A stretch of 59,248 bases of DNA, counting the filler, from Sphacelaria rigidula (Eukaryota): the NCBI GenBank assembly GCA_964200075.2. It is 3 parts of 3 records of this genome, joined end to end, with 100 filler letters (N's around TTAATTAATTAA, not from the genome) between each part and the next. Parts side by side here need not be neighbours in the genome. Positions count along the whole stretch, not along the records: positions 1 to 19,688 come from CAXNAA020000628.1; positions 19,789 to 39,471 come from CAXNAA020000629.1; 1 more part is not named here. The stretch is one strand, 5' to 3'. Of the stretch, positions 12,537 through 24,121 are shown in pieces. The position numbers and the translations under genes are program-made. The notes below the pieces were generated by a model. That model was not told where the DNA came from, searched no databases, and was given only the letters and a program-made list of their open reading frames with translations. Numbering within the stretch: the first letter of the stretch is position 1; every line of letters begins with the position of its first letter.

Positions 12537-12896
12537 CTGCCGCCACTCGTTCGACCGGCGTTCATCTTGCTCCTCCTGAAACTCTCTAGATACAACCTTG
12601 CCCCGTGCCCCGCCACCTGCCCACGCTGTTGACTCTCCGCTATCACCACCGAAGCCGCGCCGCTCCAAACTACTGCTTGGGGGCATACCCTTACGGTCTA
12701 TAGCACGGAGGTGCGGCAGCAGGCAAGTCAAGGTTGCCCTGTATCGCGGGTCAGCGGCGAAGGGGTTGCCCTCGAGCCGCAACAGCTTGAGTGAACGGTT
12801 GAAGCTCAGGGCTCTCGCCGACACGGCCTTGGAGATGAGATTGTGACTCAGGTCAAGCTGCTCGAGCAGTAACAGATGTCCCAGGCCGAGGGTGCT
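12537..12896 (-). CDS. LRR/WW protein exon: LRRs plus LRR-cap (LEQLDLSHNLI...LRLEGNPF...YRATLTCLLPHLRAID)
   Basis: LxxLxLxxN repeats and an LRR-cap-like LEGNP...YR...LPxLxxID motif; tctcag acceptor, CAG|gtacag donor; 360 nt. Confidence 0.9.
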
Positions 12897-13074
12897 CTGA
12901 GATGTGAAGTGGGGCAGAGGGCGGGCTTGTGAGGGGTTGGGGGGGGGGCGAGGAGGGGGGGAGGGGTAATTGCCCTCAAAGATGAAGTCTTGCTCTTCTT
13001 TACCTGACATATGTGTGGAATTTCCCGACTAAGACCGTATCTTTCGGTTGGTAGTCTTTGATGGTCGTATTTTC

Positions 13075-13458
13075 CATTCTTGAGACGTTTCACACGGTTT
13101 ATACCCCCCAAACAGGGATTATCGCCACCACACGTCTTCGACACTTTGCATCGCCCCACCGAGGGGAGTCTAGTCCACTTCTCCGATTCTCTCGGCTCTG
13201 AGGTTTCGAGAATGACCTCAGGACAAGAAACCGGCTGCTAAAAAAATGCGGTATCTGCAGGTATGTTCATGCCCTGCAGACACCGCATTTTTCTGTCGGC
13301 CGTTTTTTGTCCTGAGGCCATTTTCGAAACCTCAGAGCCGAGCGAATCGGAGAAGTAGACTAGACTCCCCTCGGTGTGGCGATGCAAAGCGTCGAAGACG
13401 TGTGATGGAGATAATCCCTGCTTGCGGGGCATAAACCGTGTGAAATGTCCGAAGAATG
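13075..13458. mobile_element. Foldback MITE (near-perfect ~380-bp palindrome)
   Basis: cattcttgagacgtttcacacggtttata...cagggattatc...cacacgtcttcgac pairs with ...gtcgaagacgtgtg...gataatccctg...taaaccgtgtgaaatgtccgaagaatg; centre at about 13268. Confidence 0.85.
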
Positions 13459-13610
13459 CAACATATGGCCCTCAGGAAATACGAGCCGTAAGAAACGGAT
13501 TGATAACCGGATGAGTGCGTACTCGGGTCACAAATAACATCAATGTTATAAACGGTCCCCCGGCGAATCTCTGTGGGAAGTGCGTACACACCCATACGTG
13601 ACTTCATTTT

Positions 13611-13840
13611 TGATTGATTGATCGATTGATCGATTGATTGATTGATTGATTGATTGTTGCACTTCAACTGACCACCCATGGGTCCAGCCATGGTCGCATG
13701 ATAGACGTACCCAAGGGAGGGCAAAACTGAAACACCCGTTCGAGGAAACCAAGGACAAAAGAAAAAGTCGGACGGAACGACGTAGTAGACTAAGACGTAA
13801 AAGGTAAGAGAAATAAAGAAAGAAAAAAAATCAACAAAAG
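13611..13840 (-). mobile_element. 5'-truncated LINE/SINE 3' end with (CAAT)n tail
   Basis: (GATT)n microsatellite at 13611-13656 abutting a segment that is T-rich on the minus strand; tandem tetranucleotide tails are typical of RTE-type non-LTR elements. Confidence 0.5.
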
Positions 13841-14073
13841 CAAGGTACGGGAGACGTGAGTTTATGTGAGGGCGAAGGTCTCGAAGCCTTGCTGTCGGGG
13901 TAGGAGGCCATTGGGTATAGTTGAAAACACAAGACGCACACAGAAGAATATTCGTGTTGCAGACAAACCCGGGTGGATGCGCGTACGAAGCCCACGGCGC
14001 TTACGCAACACCCCAGATTCCTACCTGTCACCGTTCCTACAAGCCCTCCCTGGCATCTTGGCGTGGCGTATAC

Positions 14074-14286
14074 CTTGATTTGGTTGTGGCTCAGATCTAG
14101 CACGCGCAGAGCGCCGCACTGACTGATTCCGCCGATTCTCGATATGCGGTTGTGACTCATGTTCAACGTCTCCAGGCGAGATGGAAGCTCGTGTCCGTCC
14201 ATAGGCTCCATCCGACAAAGAAGGTTGTGGCTGACGTCCAAATGTCGCAACGCGGGCATGGTGGCAAGAACCGAGTAGTCCAACAC
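14074..14286 (-). CDS. LRR/WW protein exon with three SDS22-like LRRs (LRHLDVSHN, LETLNMSHN, LRVLDLSHN)
   Basis: gtag acceptor, AAG|gtatac donor; 213 nt, phase 0. Confidence 0.9.
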
Positions 14287-14550
14287 CTACGTTTTTTCAC
14301 GGGGAGGGCGAAGTGAAATGCATCACGGCACAAGAATACTTGAATACGAGCAGTCACGAACTATACCAACGCTGAAGGTGGACGATCACTAAAATTGTGA
14401 TTCGACTCATACTCAACATTTGTACGAATCGATCATGCGATTCGTGCACAGGTTTTGATTCGTACATATTTTGGGTTCGTGATTCGTGCGACACTACTTG
14501 GAGTGTACACATTCTCAGATCGTGACTTCGTGCGGTATACCGTCGAAGGT

Positions 14551-14925
14551 ACACGTTTCCTACCTTCCATTCGTACAGTATGAATCATCAGTGCATGTTT
14601 CTCCAACTTCCATTCTTACAGCATGAATCATAGTCACACGTTCCCCACCTTCTACTCATGCGCCATGAATCACAGGCATATCTCTCTCCAATTCCATCCA
14701 TGCAGGATGAATCATACGTACATGTTGCCCACCTTCGATTCATACGAGGTGAATCAAGCGTACATGTTTCCGAATTTCCATTCATGCAGCACGAATCATA
14801 CGTGCACGTTGCCCACCTTTGTTTCATACCTAATGGATCAAGTGTACATGATTCCCAATTTTGATTTACGCAGCATGAACCATACCCGCATGGTTTTCGC
14901 CTTTTGCTCATATGACATGAATGAT
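14551..14925. repeat. Degenerate ~42-bp minisatellite, array 1 (~9 units)
   Basis: Unit approximately catgtt-cccaccttccattcata-cagcatgaatcatacgta; it explains the repetitive spurious ORFs 14588..14911 and 14623..15003. Confidence 0.85.
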
Positions 14926-15424
14926 GAGAAGATGTTGCTTCCCAACTGTCATATCATGGGGCGCGACTCTTCGGTGGCGCAGCCTTTTTTACAGTTGGGA
15001 TGAGTAAACAAGAGCGCGCAGGGCGCGAACCCCTTAAGAGCTAAATCCGCAATAAACCAACTTTTTTAATGTTGTATTCGTACGTAACACAACACATCGA
15101 ATATAGTGCAACACACGCGCCTGCGTGTCCAGAGCGATTCTTCCAGTCATTTGTTTCCCCGACCTATGCTATTGACAGCCTTTGTAATGTCATTTGTGGT
15201 TTCGGGTGTTCTGTAGTACAGTACTTGGCCTGAATATATGAGTCAATACCAAAACAGCTTCAGACAGCACTTGTATGGCAAGAGTCGTCTACGCATGTTC
15301 GCGCGAGTGTCCATAAACACCCCGGCAGCGCCCACTGCAGTCAGCGGATGGTTCTGTACGGTACAGCACAGCATAGAAAAGTAATGTACATTCTGTACAG
15401 CGGAAACCAGAGAACAGTATTACG

Positions 15425-15760
15425 AAACCTTCCGCTCATACAGCATGAATATACCGCATTTCTTCCCTTTGATCCATGAAGCATAAATCAGGTGATTCAT
15501 GTACATATTTTCCATCTTGCATTCGTAGAGCATGAATCATATGTACATGCTTCCCACCTTCCATTTATACGAGGTGGATCCAGCGTACACGTGTCCCCTC
15601 TTTCATGCACGCAGCATGAATCATATATACATGTTCCTCACCTTCCATTCATACGACGTGAATCAAGCGTACATTTCCACTATTTTCATTCAAGCAGCAT
15701 GGGTTATACGTACATTTTCGCGCTTCCATTCATACGAGGTGAGTCAAGCGTACATGTGCC
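15425..15760. repeat. Degenerate ~42-bp minisatellite, array 2 (~8 units)
   Basis: Same unit and orientation as array 1 (e.g. cttccattcatacgaggtgagtcaagcgtacatgt). Confidence 0.8.
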
Positions 15761-16713
15761 CTGGCTCTTTGGTACGTGCTTCGTATTCAACATTCATGGG
15801 GAGTCAACCCGTACGAACCCTGATTCGTCCGAACCGTGAATCTTCAATCGTTATCATAGATGGACAATACATCTAGCTTAAGCTGCCAATTGTAGTTGTA
15901 CTAGACGTTACAGATATAGTACAATCTTGTTGTGTATGTATGTATATGCCGGAAACGATGAATACATCAAAGTTACGGCGAACCAAGGCTACCCGGCGTG
16001 AGGGTCTCAGACATTGCCGGCCGTAGGGCGGGCACTCATGCGAGACCAACGTAAACCACTTTGCAAGAGATTCTGGCATGAACAATCCCACTGGATAATT
16101 TCAACACGCGGCGAAATACCCATTAACACGTCACGCCATTGCTTCTCTGTCATATGCGCGGGCGGCACTCCGCCACGGTTATTCAACATATCACAAACTA
16201 CCGGTAAACCAAGCCGCAGCATATTCCAATGTCAGGTATACCTATCGAATAAGGCCAAGCCTTCGCCTCCTATCTGACGCCAGTGGATCAACCACCTCAG
16301 AAGGTGATCCCAACCGCAATCAAATCGATCACTGTATCTTTGCTCGTTTATCCCAACCGCAATCAAATCGACCACTGTATCTTTGGTCGTTAATTTTGTC
16401 GACTGAAGAAATATGCCGGCTGGACGTAACACCGTCTCTTGCACTCCCCGAAGATTGAATTCGCTTACTCCACTTCCGCTCCTCCCCGCCGTACCGTGCC
16501 CTTGGCGGGGGGGAATTTCCCCTTGTCCCCAATTGTCGAGGGACCTCTCTGAGGCCATCCAGTGTACGGTACGATGACTGTATTGGTCTCAAGAAGTCAC
16601 CGGCCTCATTGCGGCTTCGACAATTATGTCAGCACTACAGTAGTGATTACACCGTCCGTAACAAGGCTACCGACCTCGAATTGAGAGTAGAGCCCCTCGG
16701 TGCCTCGACATAC

Positions 16714-16860
16714 CTGCACTTGATTGTAGCTGAGTACAAGAGTGTGTAGGGCTAGCAGACAATCTCGGCCGTAGCCATGGGTCGCCTCCAGCTTTAGAAC
16801 GACTCCCGTACTTCCGAGACCGTTGCGACTCATGAAAAGAGCGCCTTCTTCCAAGCGTAT
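16714..16860 (-). CDS. LRR/WW protein exon (IRLEEGALFMSRNGL...LHTLVLSYNQVQ)
   Basis: tacag acceptor, CAG|gtatgt donor; 147 nt, phase 0; LRR motif LHTLVLSYN. Confidence 0.8.
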
Positions 16861-17266
16861 CTGTACGGCGTGGTTTTCACCGACACGATGCTTGTTACGG
16901 CTGACGGCAAAAAGAAGTTGATTACACGGCACGGAGAGAAAGACCTTCCTTACGAACCAGAACATGTTGTGTGACGTCATGAGCAGTGCCGGGTTTCCTT
17001 CCGTGATCCAGGCTAAAACCAGAAGAAGAATACCGAGTCATTTACTCGCCGGAAGTAAGATTTCAGTGGATGAGGGCGTGCAGTCATTCTTGCAACATCA
17101 TTCGCCGTGTAAGTCTCGCGTCCAACATTCACAAGGCTGTAAAAGCAACGCCATATCTCAGTGACGAAAAATGACTCACGATAGCGTTTACCGGTGACTC
17201 AAGCATACAAAATGTGCACTATAGCTGGGAAGAAATAAGCTTCTGTCTTCCTCTCTTGACCTTTGT

Positions 17267-17579
17267 GACCTCCGAGATACTACCAGGCGAAAACGAAAAA
17301 GATTTTGCGGCGATAAAACACCTAGCGAAGCACTTTGAGGTAAACCGGCGCCTACACATCGCCAAATCAAGCGACGGCGACCAAGTGCGCTCGCTAGCTG
17401 CACAGCACCTCTTGACTCTCCCCGACGGATGGGAAGACTTAAGAAGTGCTGTGCGGCTAGCGCAATTGGTCGCCGTCGCTTGGTTTGGCGATGTGCAGGC
17501 GCCGCTTTGCTTCAGAGTGCCTTGCTGGGTGTTCTATCGCCGCAAAATCGTTTTCGTTTTCGCCTAGTAGACGGGGGTC
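17267..17579. mobile_element. Foldback MITE-like inverted repeat
   Basis: ggcgaaaacgaaaaagattttgcggcgataaaacac...acatcgccaaatcaagcgacggcgacca pairs with tggtcgccgtcgcttggtttggcgatgt...gtgttctatcgccgcaaaatcgttttcgttttcgcc. Confidence 0.8.
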
Positions 17580-17696
17580 GTTGGGTTCGGCGAAAACTAG
17601 GCGCGTCATTGCTCCAGAGTGCGTGGAGTCAATACTTGCAAACTAACTGATAGCTCTGGCGGTATATGCCGCCATCCGTTATTTCTTGGATTGTAC

Positions 17697-18983
17697 CTCC
17701 AGTATTTTCTCCTCGCCGTGGTGGAGACCACTCGCGTGAGAACCCCCTATCTGAACTCCGGGGCCGCACGCACCCTCCTTTCCCTTATCCACCTGCCCAA
17801 AACAGGACGCCGAGCCACCAATGCCGAACGACCACGCCCCTGCATTGTGAGGGCTCTCGCCTTCGTCCCTCCCCCCGTGCACAACCCCGCGGCTTTCTGG
17901 CGACGTCACATGCGATGACAACCCCGATACTCGAACCGCCCCGGAAGAAACGTTGTGCCGGGTCGGACTGGCGGTCTTGAAAGCGCCAGAGGTGTGGCCG
18001 GCGGCACGGCCGGTCGCCGTGTCCACTTCCTCGCTCTCATCGACCAAGGTCCGTTTATTGAGGTTCTCACCACCACTACCGCCACCCTTTGATGCAGCAG
18101 CATCGCCGCAGAGAGGTTCCGATGGCGACGATGATATGAGCGCTATGCGCGCGGCAAGACGCCGTCTTTCCTCGTACATCGCAGCGGGCTGCCCCGCACG
18201 CGCACGAGCATGGATGTTTGCGGGGGCGAGGCACCAAGGCGTAGCTATCATGCCAGTTGCGGTCTGTTGCCTCGACTTATCTGCCTCCAACTCGCCGCTA
18301 TTCCCTGCTCCCACCCTCAGCAGTGGGCCCCCCGTTGTGAACGCATCGGTGCATTTCTGGTCTCCTTGTACAAGTTTTTCGGGAGACTCGGAGGCAGGCC
18401 CCGTCGGAGGCGGGGAGACTACGTGGGGTCCTCGATTTTCCAACAAGGCACCCCCTGCTGCCGTTGTAACAGGATCGACGGCATTCGAGACATCAATGGC
18501 ATCTCTGGGACCTACTGGCTCTGCTGTGACCGAAGGCGTGCTCCTAGACCCTGCGAGATCGAGCGCAAGACTAGTCGATGGGTTTGGCACATTTTGATCC
18601 CCACTTGTCGTTGTCGCATCTGCACCGCTGGCAACCGCGACGGGGAGTACTCCTGCCGGGCCATTATTCTCCGTCGCCAACGGTGCAACCTTGGCAGCTA
18701 TGGGTGTAGCCGGTGTTACAATTTTTTTATTTGTGGAACCTTCGCTCGAGTCCGCAATCATACCGGAAGTGGCTAGTGGCGCATTGCTTGTCCCAGGTGT
18801 TTGCACCTCTGTTGCTTGAGTGTCGACGATAGCAGTAGCGTCCGATTGCTGAAGTCCTTCTGCAACTCGCGTCGCCGAAAGCATTGTGTGATGACACGGC
18901 GCCGGGGGCACTTCCTCAGCCGATTGATTCGTGCTGGGGATAGTGGGCAGCACCAACTCGTCGCGGCTTTCTGCCCTACCGTC
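17697..18983 (-). CDS. LRR/WW protein, large Ala/Thr/Pro-rich N-terminal exon
   Basis: 429-codon open frame (ORF 17679..18956 extended to an aag acceptor after a pyrimidine tract); GAG|gtacaa donor; phase 0 join to the 16860 exon. Confidence 0.7.
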
Positions 18984-19447
18984 CTTTCAGCGAAGCGAGA
19001 GAAAGTGGATAGCGAGGAGCATTTGCAGCGGAATATGGGGACGATTCTACGTGGGAGAGGGTCGCAATATCGTCTCGCTATGTCCATGTAGACCACACGA
19101 GTTCATGGTTTACATAAGTTAGGATGTTGGCAGAGTGTGATGATCACAAGCATGTTCACGACGAACTCCTCATCAACGGTTGTAACATATCGTACTTACT
19201 CGCCGCCGTTGACACAGAAGTTGGCCCAATACCCCGACACAGATACTTTGACTCAAACTTCACCACGGAGTCGCCGCCGTCGGCGTTTTGTCGACATCTC
19301 CAGTAGCGACGCTCCTAGGGTTCAGTCCTATGTAGGCGTTTGCCGTATGAGTTGAACTTACGGTCGCATAGAGGACGACGGATGTACAATCCCTAGCTCA
19401 ATGGATTCAACCAGCGCGACAAGACAAAGTAGCTTTGGGAGTATTAC

Positions 19448-19588
19448 CTCCTTCAGGGTAGCCATTTGCAGACTTTCGGAGCCGAGTTCCGCCGATTGTA
19501 CGGATTCAAGTCGTTGTTTGCCACAGCCGTACGTGCCGGGACCTTTCCTTTCAACGAATCCCGCAGATGTCCCTTCGGCAACGGATGC
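19448..19588 (-). CDS. Putative upstream exon of LRR/WW protein (ASVAEGTSAG...LQMATLKE)
   Basis: tcag acceptor and GAG|gtaata donor; 141 nt, phase 0, open; no motif support, and the start codon was not found (assembly gap upstream). Confidence 0.45.
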
Positions 19589-19688
19589 CTGACGTCAGCG
19601 TCGACCGGTGGGCGGACGGGGGGGGGGGGGGGGGGGGGGACTTTTTTTTTTCGTTCTTTAGTTATTGTACCTGTGACCACGCCTCCCT

Positions 19689-19788
19689 NNNNNNNNNNNN
19701 NNNNNNNNNNNNNNNNNNNNNNNNNNNNNNNNTTAATTAATTAANNNNNNNNNNNNNNNNNNNNNNNNNNNNNNNNNNNNNNNNNNNN
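19689..19788. other. Assembly gap with artificial TTAATTAATTAA linker
   Basis: 100-nt block: N run, TTAATTAATTAA (stops in all frames), N run; an identical block sits at 39472-39571. Confidence 0.95.
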
Positions 19789-20299
19789 TTTGTTGCTTGC
19801 CTTAGTCGTTTGACCATTGACCACGCATCCCTTTCGAGACGGAGCAAGGAGGGGGGGGGGAGGGGGGAAGGGGGGGGGGGTTATTCACGATACTGCATGC
19901 CGTAGCCATGAGAACATTGACTTCGCATCTCTAAAAAACTGGGACAGAGCACACAAACTATATTTTTGTGCTCCAGGATCAGAACGCATGAAAACGAGGT
20001 CAGTACCCGCACACATCAGGTGCTGGAAGAGAGTTCAGGACGAACGTCTCAAGATCAGAACCCTACTTTTTGTCATCCTCAAGTCTGAACTGCATCTTCA
20101 GTGTTCAGGATAGCGACGAGGGACATAAACCGGACCCACCACCAGTGTCACAGCCACTTGATAATCAACATACCCGTAGTAACATGGGATATTCATCACA
20201 ACTACTATCCTCACCACAACGGACCAGTCAAAAAGTAGCAAAGCTTTATACGGTAGACATGCGATCTTCCTTCCTGCCGCCGCCACGGTTTCGGCATTG

Positions 20300-20975
20300 C
20301 CTGATTGTGTTGCGTGAAAGAAACCCTAGCGCATGGACACATTCCTGGAGGCGGTCCCCCTAGTGTTCAGGGGGCCAGCCAGCCTCCTTGGGCCCTTTTC
20401 CGGCACACTGTCAAACCATGACGCCCTTCGGATGACGTTCTCTTTCCTGCCGGACAAGGGGCCTCGCGAACTACAGTTGACCCTTGAGGATGGTCGTGTC
20501 GGTACGTTCGCAGTTGGTCATCTTGAGCGCATCTCTGTACGAGAGAGTCTTGTGGCCAGTTCGCTCTTTCATGCGGAAATCCAACGACTCGTGAGAAAAG
20601 CTGGCGGTGGGCAACGCGCAGACTATTGCATTCCTCGGGACGCAGCATCCATGTAGCACATCCCTAAAGCATAGTTCTCACCACCTCCGCGTCGAGCAGC
20701 CCGATTTTCAGAGGTAGCTGGGCTTGGGCCGACCGTAAAGTTGGCAACTAAAGTTTCGGAGGCGGGCCCACGCAGCCCTGATGCGGATATTAATTTCGAA
20801 GGAAATATTCGCATCCACGCCGACAGCACCACCGAGGGAGACATGCTCGGCCCTCTGCTTATACCGTTGACCTGCCCCTTGATGGGCAGTGCAGCCCCCG
20901 CCCCGGGTACTGACCACAGGGACATGGACTTAAACCTCCGATACCATCAATCCGAACTCCTGACGAGTGACGACC
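20300..20975 (-). mobile_element. Decayed RTE-like LINE, RT C-terminal segment (inverted part)
   Basis: Minus-strand fragments EFGLMVS, GQRYKQ..VSLGGAV, EINIRIRAAWARLR, TWMLRPEECNSLRVAHRQL, KTLSYRDALKMT match the recalled post-RT region of RTE-clade LINEs; several frameshifts. Confidence 0.8.
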
Positions 20976-21900
20976 ATCGCGATGGCGAAGAACATGGAAA
21001 AGTGGGGTACTCGAGTCGAGAAAGGGGCGGGAGAATCCGAGGAGGCGCGGCGACCAGAAGGCAAACGCCAATGGAACTTCGCCACAAACGAGAGGCTGTT
21101 TGCTCGAGAGCCGCCAATCGGAGAGCCGTCACTGCTGACACAACAGCGACAGCTGACGCGGAATCCACGATGAAAATGGTCGAGAGGGTGTCCCGCTTTG
21201 TACCCGAGTAGGGGTGAATAGGTGAAGCTGGGGTAACACAGGAACTGATCCACCCCTGTCTTATTTAATCGATTGGTGACTTTTCCCCTGGCCGGTGGTC
21301 TACAGTGCTCCCTGGATGTGCTTTTGTACATGCTCTACTGTGTCCATGGGTTTTCATCGCTTCCAGGGTTTCCTTCTACTCTGTCCTCTGCATATGTCTC
21401 GTCATCGTTCGCTGTTTCGTTTATCTCAGTGTTATACAACAGCACTTTGGGCCTTGATTCCGTAGGGCTCATGGGGAAGAGCTCACGCCCAAATGTGTCT
21501 CTTGGTCCGGAATAGCTGAGCCGCGATCTGCTGCCACTTTTTAAAAATATTTGGGTGCATGCGCCTTTTTCTTCCTTCTTTTCTTTTTGCGCAAGGCTTT
21601 TCACGTGAAACCAGGGTTCTAGTTTCATTTCGTTCTTACTCATATTTTTCATGTTTTTTCCATCATTTGCTTTTACTAGTGCTTCCCTGTTCCTTTCCTC
21701 TTTCGGCCTTGTCTCTGTTGTATTGTATGTTCTTGGCTTCGGCTTTTTCAGTTTACTCCATTTGCATGTTATACCTTCTGTTTTGTTCTACTTCGTTAGT
21801 CTTCAGCGAGTGTTTCCATGTCGTTTACCTTGGGTACATTTATCTTGTGAACACGGGTGGAATCGCTCGGGAACCAGTTGATGTACGACAGTACCGAGAC
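20976..21900 (+). mobile_element. Probable 3' end of the same LINE (ORF tail plus T-rich 3' UTR), sense orientation
   Basis: AKNMEKWGTRVEKGA...RQWN resembles the recalled extreme C-terminus of these LINE ORFs and is followed by a long T-rich tract; right boundary approximate. Confidence 0.55.
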
Positions 21901-22499
21901 AATTCATTTTAAAACATGAATATGGGGAGCCGAGTGAGCGAGAACTACTGCCACGGACAGGTTAAATTCCTCCACTCAGCTATAATAGTGCTTGTCCAAG
22001 ATTTCATGGGCGAAGTACACCCATATCATGTGCACAGGACCCAATCAACGCTTTTCATGAAGCGGAGGCAGGCCAGCCACGTTGATAAACCGGACACGGC
22101 ACGAAGCGGTACAACTACCCTGCCGTTAGAGACAACCGTTGATTTAGTCCAACTCACGTACCGCGAGGGTGGGTCATCTGCTGAATCGGTCTCGTTTAAC
22201 TTTAAAAATGACTGTAAGGCCCCAATGGTCCACCCCACCCTGTTGGTCAAAACGACCCATCCTGGTTGTTCGCCAGGGTGGATATCATCTTGGTCTTTCA
22301 GCCATATGTCAAGTGCAAACGCCTCTACATCCTGGTCTCCAGTCATTGTTGAAGCGGAAATGACGCTGATTCAGCCCATGACCCCTCCTGGCAGTCAGAG
22401 GGTTAGAAACAATCATCTCTCAACCGAGCAAAGAGAATTCTGCTTCAAACAATGTAGATTCACGGAAAAAAATAGACCTCAAAACAATCTTGCACTTAC

Positions 22500-22586
22500 G
22501 TTGACCACGGCCTTGATACCTTCCACGGTGTCGGGCGGGCTCGCCGTTTGTCCGAGATTGTTGGTCCCTATAGCCACCATTACTGT
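22500..22586 (-). CDS. SGNH/GDSL hydrolase exon, block III (TVMVAIGTNNLGQTASPPDTVEGIKAVVN)
   Basis: gaag acceptor, AAC|gtaagt donor; 87 nt, phase 0; GTNN motif. Confidence 0.85.
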
Positions 22587-23511
22587 CTTCAGGCAGAGAT
22601 TTTCCCATGTCAAATGCGTGGATATTGAAGGAAAGCGGCGCATGCTCAAATAATCAATATGCGCGCGGATGCGTGACGGGGCGGCGAGCGAAGGGAACAG
22701 AACGAAGTTGACGTCAAGACTTGCTCAACGTTACGGCACTGCATCGAAATAATAGTCTGATTAAACCCCTCGCTCACGTATGGTACTTTAGCACCCGCAA
22801 TCCAACGCTCGAATCCTAGCCTGTGATAATACGGGGTGGTGCAACACCGTGGGCGGGAGTGGCCCGGACACTGTCGGAGACAGAACCAACTGTTCCGTAG
22901 TCTGAATGGTAAAAATAGGGACAACAACGTGCTTCCAACGAAACAGCACGGATAACCTCATCGTGGACCCGGGGTGGGAAGAATCAGTGGCCGTGAGACC
23001 GCGATGCATATATCAATACATTGGTTGGGCCGCATGATGCGTGGTTGTGTTTAGGAAACGCCGACGACACTGCGCTCGCGCTCGAGCCTACACTTAAGGC
23101 CGATGATTTTTTATGGACTAAAGGATCGCATTGGTTGTTGCAGAGGCGTGGTTCACTCCTACTCATGGGCTGCATCTACCGAAATAAAAACGTGTCGTGT
23201 ACACAGCTACAGTGTCTGCTGTCAACAACTATTGGAGTCTCTTCCATTGTCATCCCGTCTACTGCCAAATTGACTGTCCGCTGTGGGGGAAGCAACTGGT
23301 GCCGACGCAGAAGTACCGCTTGCCCCTCGAGCGCGTAGCCCGGTAAGCAAGTATCAAGTCATATGGTGTTGCCTACGTTCTGGACAGCACGTTGACCTCC
23401 CACATAACCTCTCAAAAAGACGACGTTTGTTGGCAGAGCATAAGCAGTACATGACTTCTATTGTACACCAGTATAGCGCCTCAGATTCTCACATTCACCA
23501 CACACTCACAC

Positions 23512-23622
23512 CTTTGGTTGCAGCACGGGCGGCAGCTGACCGTTCTTCAACCTCCAAAGAACATGTTCAGTTCTATCTCCCGACACACCTAAGTTTAGAG
23601 CACCCTTTGGCTGGTAAAACTC
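23512..23622 (-). CDS. SGNH/GDSL hydrolase exon, block II (EFYQPKGALNLGVSGDRTEHVLWRLKNGQLPPVLQPK)
   Basis: tgtcag acceptor, AAG|gtgtga donor; 111 nt; LNLGxSGDRTxHVLWRLxNG is the PAF-acetylhydrolase-Ib-like signature. Confidence 0.9.
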
Positions 23623-24049
23623 CTGACAAGCAGCGCGGAAATTGCATCCATACGCACACCGTGCTATGAGAATCGAATGCACAATACGGTACGTCATTGA
23701 GCCACGCGCGAAAGACACGACACCATGTGCGAGAGCGAAATTGACCAACATGTTGTTCTATTGCAACATGATGCTCTGTGGTACACAGATACAGATATTT
23801 GTGTTGATACATACATGTACTGAGCGGGCACCTCAGGATGTCAGACCAACTGCTAAAAAACAAAGGAAATGTGTGCGGGGACGAGCAAGACCTTGCGTCG
23901 AGGCTGAAGAGGCTCATAAGCATGGGTTGCACAGGTGCCAGATACCGGGTTTGAAAGACTACCACTCAGTCCGGTACGCATCTTCCATCAGAGCTCCGGT
24001 CAGCCGAGTAATCAACCGAATTGTGACTATTTAGCAATCACAATCATAC

Positions 24050-24121
24050 CTGCCATACGGCGCTGATCTTTTCTTCGTCATCCCATTCATACTTCTCGCC
24101 CATGAACGTGCCGACAAGTTC
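24050..24121 (-). CDS. SGNH/GDSL hydrolase exon (ELVGTFMGEKYEWDDEEKISAVWQ)
   Basis: aacag acceptor, CAG|gtatga donor; 72 nt, phase 0; bridges block I and block II in frame. Confidence 0.8.

Noticed and set aside
14551..15876. Regularly spaced repeats as a CRISPR array, or the repetitive His/Met-rich ORFs as genes
   Set aside because: Units are contiguous and degenerate with no unique spacers and no cas genes; the ORFs arise because 42 bp is a multiple of 3, and they sit in an intron.
17040..17140. Possible extra exon of the LRR/WW gene after a tttacag acceptor
   Set aside because: The open frame is incompatible in phase, and the flanking exons already join in phase 0.
19689..19788. TTAATTAATTAA palindrome within N runs (also 39472-39571)
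   Set aside because: Identical artificial scaffolding linker; not biological.
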